Origin: Streblomastix strix
Lineage: Eukaryota
Assembly (NCBI GenBank): GCA_008636045.1
Contig: SNRW01000013.1
Coordinates: 1 to 44,582 of the forward strand
Length of the DNA: 44,582 nucleotides
Direction: 5' to 3'
Position numbers and translations under genes: made by a program. A model generated the notes under the pieces. The model had not been told where the DNA came from and made no database searches. It saw nothing but the letters and a program-made list of their open reading frames with translations. The first letter of the stretch is position 1. Each line of letters opens with the position of its first letter. Shown here piece by piece: positions 37,328-44,582 of this stretch.

Positions 37328-39160
37328 GTGGCAACACAAGAATTCTCAAATGATAAATCAAACCAATAATCAACCGTGAAATATGAGACACTTGCGAAAG
37401 GATCAAAACGCAAATGTATCCGTAAATCAACTGAAAAAATTACTGCGCTAATGAACCAAATGATTAATGAGCAAACAAATGAACTGACAAATGAACAGAG
37501 AAGTGAAGAGAAACATGAATATCGACTTAATGATTAACGAATTTCAGAAGGAGATTTGGACACATGACTTGCAAACTTATAATAAGTATATAAACTAGAA
37601 AAAATAAAGATGTGAACTTATTTCTTGAATCAATATAACCATTAAGAGAGTTGTATGTGTAACTATAAGATGAAAAAACAATTATTGAACGTGCAAAAGA
37701 TATAATTAGTAACACGGTGAACAATACAAAAATAGGATAATAAGAAGGCAAGAAATCATAAATAACAGGTAAATTAATTGATCTATCATTAATGGATGAC
37801 GATAATCTTTGCGTAATTTACTTTGATATTAACAAGAAATTACCAATAGAAGAGATTGATAAAATAAGATAGAATATAATTGGTAATATGCTTCCTGTTA
37901 ATGTAGGATTAACTAAAACTACACATGGAGGATTGCATGCTTACTGTAATAGAAATTCTTAAAGATTACCATCCAATCGTAATGTAAAAGTAATCACAAC
38001 AGATAATTTTGATATTGATGTGTTTGCATAAATGAATAAATAAATAATAGAAAATAGATATGAAAATAGCGTATTAGTTTAGAATCGAGTTGTTGCTCCA
38101 AATACATCAATTCGAGAAACAAAAAATAATAAAAGAAAGATACATAAATATAAAGCAGTTAATGATTGGGAAAATTCATCTAATTTAGTGAGCTTGTGAG
38201 AAATACTAGATAAATGGAATGTAGATATTGAGATGTCACTTGAAGAGCATGTATAATAGTAACTAGATAGAAAATTTGGCAAGTAAGTTACAGATCATGG
38301 TACAATTGAATAGATGAATGATGAACTTGCATAATCATGCGTAGATGGATTGAAAAATCTTGATATATGTATCTATCCTTAACCGGTTAATGTGGAAATA
38401 TCCCTTCTAAGTATATTTTCAGGATTATATGGCATCGCTAATGAATTGATTAGACTATAAGGAATAAATAATATACGCTAATTCAATAAGCTATCTGCAA
38501 ACGCTGATAAGAACTATGGATAAGCTTCATCTAATGGTGAACGTAAGCCTAATCTATGGATCCTTACAAAAATCCTAAGGTATCATAATAAAGATTACTA
38601 CGAATAGATAATTAAATCATTATTGAAAAAGAATTGTGAAGTTAAAAAATAATCGAAAATATTTGATACGGTTAAACAAATTGAGAAGCATGAAATTAAC
38701 CTGAAAGATGTGTTCACATTAATAGATGTATCTAGTAAAGCATTAAATGGATTATATTAAATTAATTAGAATTAGTAGCTGAAGATTTGCTTAAAATAAT
38801 AAAGGTTGTACCTTGCTAAAACGGATGGTGTTTTATCATTAAAGATTAGGATTGTTTACATAATACTAATACAATTCATTATAAAAATATGACTGCTATC
38901 TATGATTAATTACGTTCAATAAAACTATGGTAAGATGGGAAAAATAATATAACTGCAATTGATGCTTTAGAATAATATCATTCACTATTCGAGAAGGGAG
39001 GTATAAGATTCATTAGTTAAAACCCTAAGATTTTCAGTGTATTCTAAGGATATAAGTACTTACAATTAGAAGAACTAAACTATACAAAAATAGATGGATT
39101 CTTAGGATTAGTGAAAGATACTATCTCTGCAAATGATGAATTGATTTATGAATATAATTT
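37328..39160 (+). pseudogene. Primase-polymerase / D5-like primase-helicase pseudogene, truncated before the helicase P-loop
   Basis: ITGKLIDLSLMDDDNLCVIYFDI…VGLTKTTHGGLHAYCNR (Prim-Pol DxD-like and T.xGG.H.Y motifs)…KIFSVFQGYKY…GFLGLVKDTISANDELIYEY. It has an in-frame TGA at 38197-38199, frameshifts near 37600 and 38765, and is cut off by duplication copy B. Confidence 0.75.
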
Positions 39161-39594
39161 AATCCAAAAAGAATTTAAAAATAATTATCTCTTTCGATCT
39201 GTGTTAATAAAATGCGTTCAATAATTAAATTTCATAAAATGAAAAATATTTATTGATTCAATAAATTTATTTCTGTACAAATAACAACAACTTTAACCAA
39301 GAAAATGAATCTTATTTTGTCATGATTATACTTTATATATTATGGGGAAATAGATAGCTATATCTATCATAAATTATTGGACATTTTAATATTGCGAATA
39401 TATTTAAGTGAGTAGACAAAAATTATGAAGTTCATATAACAAATTCAACATAAATAATTTGATCAATTAATTTTGGTAAAGTTAAATAGAGAAATAATTA
39501 TAATTGATACATAGAATGAATCGGATATATTCATTCACGTTAAGTAATTCGTCTATAAAGTTAAAGGGTTCAATTTTCATTTATTAAACTTAAA

Positions 39595-40362
39595 TATTTA
39601 TTCTTCTCGGCGTTTGCAGTTAATGTATTAAATTAACGCACATTTTCCAATACTTAAGCTCTTAGTTGTTCACTAACTATTCCATAAATACTGCAAAATT
39701 CACTTAATAATGATATTTCCATAGATATTGGTTGAGGATAGTTATGATTAGTTAAATTCTTCAATCCATAAACGCACACTTATGCAAATTCATCATCCAT
39801 TTTATCAATGGTTCCATCATTCGTATTCTATTATCCAAATGCTCTAGTAATTCTCTTTTATTCATATTCCGCATATTGTATTTCAATATTAACATTCCAT
39901 AATTCTAATATATCACTTAGATTCGTTAAATGTGTCATGTTAGCCCAGTCATTAATCGTTTCATATTTAAGTGTTTCTCTAACATTATTCTTTGTTTCTC
40001 GAATGCTAGTGTTTGGGCCAACAACACGATTTTACACAAGATCTGTTTATATTGGATCATTTTCAAATTATTATGCTTGTACATTTATGCAAATATATCA
40101 ATTTCAATCTTATCCAAAATAATGCATTTCACACATCGATTTGCAGGTAAAATATATCCACTTCTATTTCAATAAGCATGTAATCCTCCATGAGCTGTTT
40201 AACTAATCCAACATTAGCAGGTAACATATTATCAGTTATTTTTTAGCGAATTTCATCAATCTTCTCTTTAGGTAGATTCTTGTTAATATAAAAATAAATC
40301 ATACATAAGTCACCATCATCAACCAAGGTTAAATCGATTAATTTACTAGTAACTTAAGCAGT
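39595..40362 (-). pseudogene. Decayed primase-polymerase fragment, copy B
   Basis: Paralogue of 32100-32870 (…NVGLVKTAHGGLHAY…QNRVVGPNTSIRETKNN…). Confidence 0.7.
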
Positions 40363-40774
40363 TATGTGAAAAAAGAGAGTGCTCCACAATGAGAAATATA
40401 ATAAAATAATGTAATATTTTTAATAATAATATTTAAATTATTTTATTCAAATTATGCAATATCATAAATTTTTTTTATTATAATATTTTCTAATATAAAT
40501 CAGCTGGTAAGAAAAAGAATTGAATCGTAATATAACATATAACTGATATAAAATTACACATGTAAGAGTTTAATATATTATCTATTCGTAATTGACTTTA
40601 ACTACTTTATAATTAATCTAAACTCTTTAGTTATTCATAATAAATAGAATCTTATTTTATTTATAAACTTCAATTTATTAAAGATTCTTCTTCAAAATTG
40701 TGTGAAATATAATTATAAAGTTTATATTTTTATGAAAATAATATAGAATAATAATTATTAAATATTTATAAAAA

Positions 40775-40848
40775 AGCCCCCGGTGGGATTCGAACCCACA
40801 ACCTTTTGATTACAAATCAAACGCAATATCCAACTATGCTACGGAGGC
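40775..40848 (-). tRNA. trnT: tRNA-Thr(UGU), second identical copy
   Basis: Same sequence as 33283-33356. Confidence 0.95.
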
Positions 40849-41283
40849 TCTCATTAAACGCTGAGTTACATTCTTTGTTCTTTATATACTTAATAGCCTT
40901 AATTTTCTCAATATTCTCATGCATAAGTTCTGCTCTAAGATAAAAAATAATTTTAATAAAAATAAGAAATTTAAATAATCATTTTATTTTAATTATTTTT
41001 TTGAATTAAAAATTTATAAACATTATAGCCTGATGCATACTATTGATTCTTAATATAATATATTTATTATATTGATTCCAATTCCATAAATATTCAACCA
41101 TATGTGTGGAAATTAAAGCTACAAATTAATAAATAAATATTATAAATATTTATTCTATTTTCATTCATTCAATAGTTATCTTTATTAAAAAAATCGGTAA
41201 AAAATAAAAATAAACTCTCGTCTAATTTTTAATTTAATTATATATGCATATGTAGCATATATGTTGTATATCATAATAAAATT

Positions 41284-43044
41284 GGACACCATCAAAGATT
41301 AACAGGATGGATCTGGAAAAAATCATAATTTTTAAAAAATGAAATATGATAATTTTACAAATATATTTTATAGTATTTTATGAATTATATCATATTTTTT
41401 TATTAACTATATTATATTATGTATATATGTAATAAAAATGATAACAATATACGTGACGAGTCGATTGACTCGTCACATATATTATTATTCGCTTCGCTCG
41501 CAAAGATTTAATGTCGATATAATTTCTAATTATAATTTAAATAATAAAAATAAAAATAAAAATTGTATATTTCTAAAATTTAATAAAACGATAATGTATT
41601 TCATGAAGAACGTGCTTCATCACGAATATTATCGTTCGTATCGCAAGTTAAATTAATTTTATTATATTTTTTTCTATCCTTTATTAAAATTGTTAATATT
41701 GATAATTAGTTTAGATTTTTCAAACACTTCAATGAAACTAAGTCAGAAAATTCTTAATATTGGATAACAGAACCGAATTTTTATGTATGCAGAGGCAACA
41801 ATGAAGTTGTTCATTGATGCTAATTAGTTTTCTGAAACTAAAAAAATGTCCGAGGTGTCATAGAAGTCTAGAACCGAGTGACAATGGAATCGGAGAAAGA
41901 ATTTGCAGATGTTATTGCACCATTCTTAAATTTTCACGTACACGGCGATTTGAAACTTCACTTTTCAGAAGAGATGGAAGAATTGACCTAATTATGATGA
42001 CAGCAATTCATTTTTGGTTACATTTAACACAAAAATAGTCATCAGAACTTTCCGAATTTTCTCATCCAATTGCTTCAAAGTCATGTAAGTTGTGTAGAAG
42101 ATCTAGCGCTTTAGAAAAAATAAATAATTTTATAAAACTAAATGGCTACAATAAAACATTAGAAATCGATGATATGGCTGCATATAGATGCAAGTACAAT
42201 ATTGGATGAAGAAAATGTCCAACAATATGGGGTTTTGAAGCAGTCGAATGGGACGAGTTAGACAAAAATTCAATGAATATATATATAAGAAAAATATTAA
42301 ATCACGCAAAAGAAACCCTACATCAAATAATCAGAGATTGCATTGCAGAAGGTTCACACATTTTCTGTGACTGCCAGAAAGCATATGATTCGATGCCATA
42401 TATTTATAGAATGAATTTCACTCTCGAGAATGTATGATTATTATGTTTTATATAAAAACTAACATTTTTATTGATCAAACACTCAAAATGCTTTGTGGAT
42501 CCTATAACCAAAGCTTGTACCAACATGGTTGAGGGTAATTGGATACATCCTAGAAATTTCTTCCCTAGAAATGATTTTCCAGCTTTTAATTTAAATGAAT
42601 AAATATAATCATGCATATACTGTAAATATATAATAAAAATTTCTATCTTTTAATAAAATCTCTTATGATTTATTCCGAAAAAACATTCATAACTGGAATG
42701 ATGCTAGATGATGAACAAGATGATGATTCAGATGGTGACGAGGGATATTCCCAACCGACATTTTCAATACAAAAAGACCAAACTCAATAGCCGACATATG
42801 ATACATGGATTGAAAATCCAATTTCACGAGAAAACAGGCCAAAAGACCAGTTGAAAGACCTTTTAACTGTACCGATTTAATCTACGAAACAGATCCTGCT
42901 TATTATGTTGATTGAATTCTAATTTACTAACCAATACACTATTATTATTAACCAATTATTAATAAAAAATCTATATTTTTTTTAAAAAAATTCAATTTAT
43001 TTTTTATAAAAACTTAAATTTTCTCTAGATCTATCCAATTAATC
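41284..43044 (+). mobile_element. Decayed Merlin/ISXO2-like transposon, copy B (transposase remnant ~41732-42610)
   Basis: IEIDDMAAYRCKYNIG*RKCPTIWGFEAVE, ETLHQIIRDCIAEGSHIFCDCQKAY, KHSKCFVDPITKACTNMVEGNW, with degenerate inverted ends like copy A. Confidence 0.8.
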
Positions 43045-43045
43045 A

Positions 43046-43339
43046 GTAGTAGGCAAAATAAACACATTGCTTTATGGAATTAAAACTTAAAAATAATGAG
43101 AAAACAATAGTGGAGTATAATTAATCATAATGAAAAATGAAAATATTTTATAAATAAAATGAATGAAAATAGAAAAATAGAAAAGTATATATAAAAAAAT
43201 ATAAGTAATTTATAAAAAAAGAAGAACAAAAAAGATAAATTGTAAGGGATTATGAAGATAATTTATGATGACCAATAATGAGATAACTTTATTTTTGAGA
43301 TTAAATTACATTGGTCAATGTGTTTCTTTTGCATTCTAC
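43046..43339. mobile_element. MITE-like element, copy B
   Basis: More degenerate copy of 35552-35847. Confidence 0.6.
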
Positions 43340-43717
43340 ACTTGGGTATTATTTTAGAAAATGTAGTTTAAATAGTTATTTTATTTTTGAGAATTTTTTA
43401 AAGATTAGAGAATTTTAGTTTATTCGTACTGAAATAGTATAAGAAAAAAGAGGGGATCTCCATGATTTTTCAATAATATATGATGAATGTAAAATCATCA
43501 ATTGTAAGGATGAATGAGTAATAAATAAGTTGCTGAGCTAAAGTGAAAAGAAAATATTTTATATGGAAAATATGACTAAAAAATTAATGTTAGTTGATAA
43601 AATTGAAGGTGACCAATAGTTGTAGAATCACTAATAAACAACATTTTTGGATTCCATTATATAATCGTCATTTTTAGATAATATAATTTTTTTGCTTTAT
43701 TTATTTAATTTCAATGA

Positions 43718-44329
43718 TGTGGAACACTCTCCATATTCTCATAACTACTAACTTATCACTTCATCAACTGTCATTAATTATCTTCAACTAAATCATCTCA
43801 GTCTTCTCTTTCTAATATATCAAGTCCAATAGACTAATCATTCTCTATTAACACACTAAATTCTACACTTTAATAATCTCTGGGAAAAGAAAAAGAATAA
43901 GAAAAAGTAACTGAAGAAAATTCTAAAGAATATGAAGAAAAAGAAGTTGTTTTAGCAGGAATCAAGAAAATAGGAAAACTAGCATCCACAAAAAGCTCGA
44001 CTAAGGCAGCACCCAAAATCAAAAAAGGAACAAATACAGTCAAAAAAACATCTAAAGCTGCTTCTTTAACTCCTGCATCACAAAAGAAAGAAGATGATGG
44101 CAATGCTCCCGCACCAAACGTTGCATTGCCAGGGATCACATCATCAACAGCACATTTGACAATCGCTAATACAAATGTATCATCGACTTCATCTGCACCC
44201 ATACCACCCACATCACCGACCTCACCAATTTCACCAGCATTCACTGCAAGTTCAACAAAACGCGCTGTTCATTCGAGACCAAAGTCTGCATCAAAAAAGA
44301 AAGTAGAAGAAGGAACTGAAACTACAAAG
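43718..44329 (+). CDS. Low-complexity Ser/Thr/Lys/Pro-rich coding fragment of unknown function (no in-frame ATG; possible intron 44330-44421)
   Basis: Higher-GC open frame 2 (…KEKEQEKVTEENSKEYEEKEVVLAGIKKIGKLASTKSSTKAAPKIKK…PIPPTSPTSPISPAF…), followed by an AT-rich GTAC…CAATAG segment. Confidence 0.4.
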
Positions 44330-44582
44330 GTACAAAAATTAAATAAGTAATAATTCATTGTTTCATTAATTATTAAATTATTTTAATTGCATTATGATTT
44401 ATTTTTATATATTACCAATAGTCCCACTTTGGCAATTGAGGAATGTATATATAATATTCAACAACATCACCTTTATTGAGTGATTACCATCAACTATTTG
44501 AAGTGATTCTTCTGGCCACTCCCCAAACAATGTTTACAATGGGGTGGCCATTTTAAAAACTGCAAAAGAAAGGATATAGCGC

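Larger units (their letters stand above)
39156..43655 (+). repeat. Segmental duplication copy B (uninterrupted; contains the empty integration site)
   Basis: Matches 12135-12348 joined to 31829-36160. Confidence 0.9.

Noticed and set aside
44513..44550. Imperfect GC-rich hairpin TGGCCACTCCCCA…TGGGGTGGCCA near the window end
   Set aside because: Single occurrence with no context; it cannot be assigned a function from this window.

Overview
AT-rich eukaryotic (protist) DNA read with a ciliate-type genetic code: TAA/TAG = Gln and TGA = the only stop. Most entries in the supplied standard-code ORF track are therefore fragments or shadows. An oxymonad such as Streblomastix is a plausible source, but that is inference. 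Bases 1-11825 hold host genes: the 3' ~11 kb of a giant, low-complexity-expanded VPS13 with one 52-nt GT-AG intron, and a nucleoside diphosphate kinase. Bases 12349-31822 are a complete 19,474-bp endogenous Polinton/Maverick-like virus with 277-bp terminal inverted repeats and a 6-bp target-site duplication (TTTGTC). An uninterrupted copy of the target site is present in the same window at 39316-39321. The virus is written in the host's TAR=Gln code. It encodes a protein-primed PolB (vOTU-like, Zn-finger and inserted HNH modules; one frameshift), an rve integrase with an apparent D-D-D triad, a phage-tail-fibre-like repeat protein, a protein with three RBP-like domains, a small amphipathic protein-VI-like protein, probable major (one frameshift) and minor capsid proteins, an A32-like packaging ATPase, and several hypothetical proteins. 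It also carries a tRNA-shaped Pol III cassette (candidate VA-RNA analogue). The right third is a ~4.5-kb segmental duplication. Each copy contains a decayed primase-polymerase fragment, tRNA-Thr(UGU), a decayed Merlin/ISXO2 transposon and a MITE. A longer primase(-helicase) pseudogene lies between the two copies. All calls come from manual translation and motif recognition; no database searches were run.
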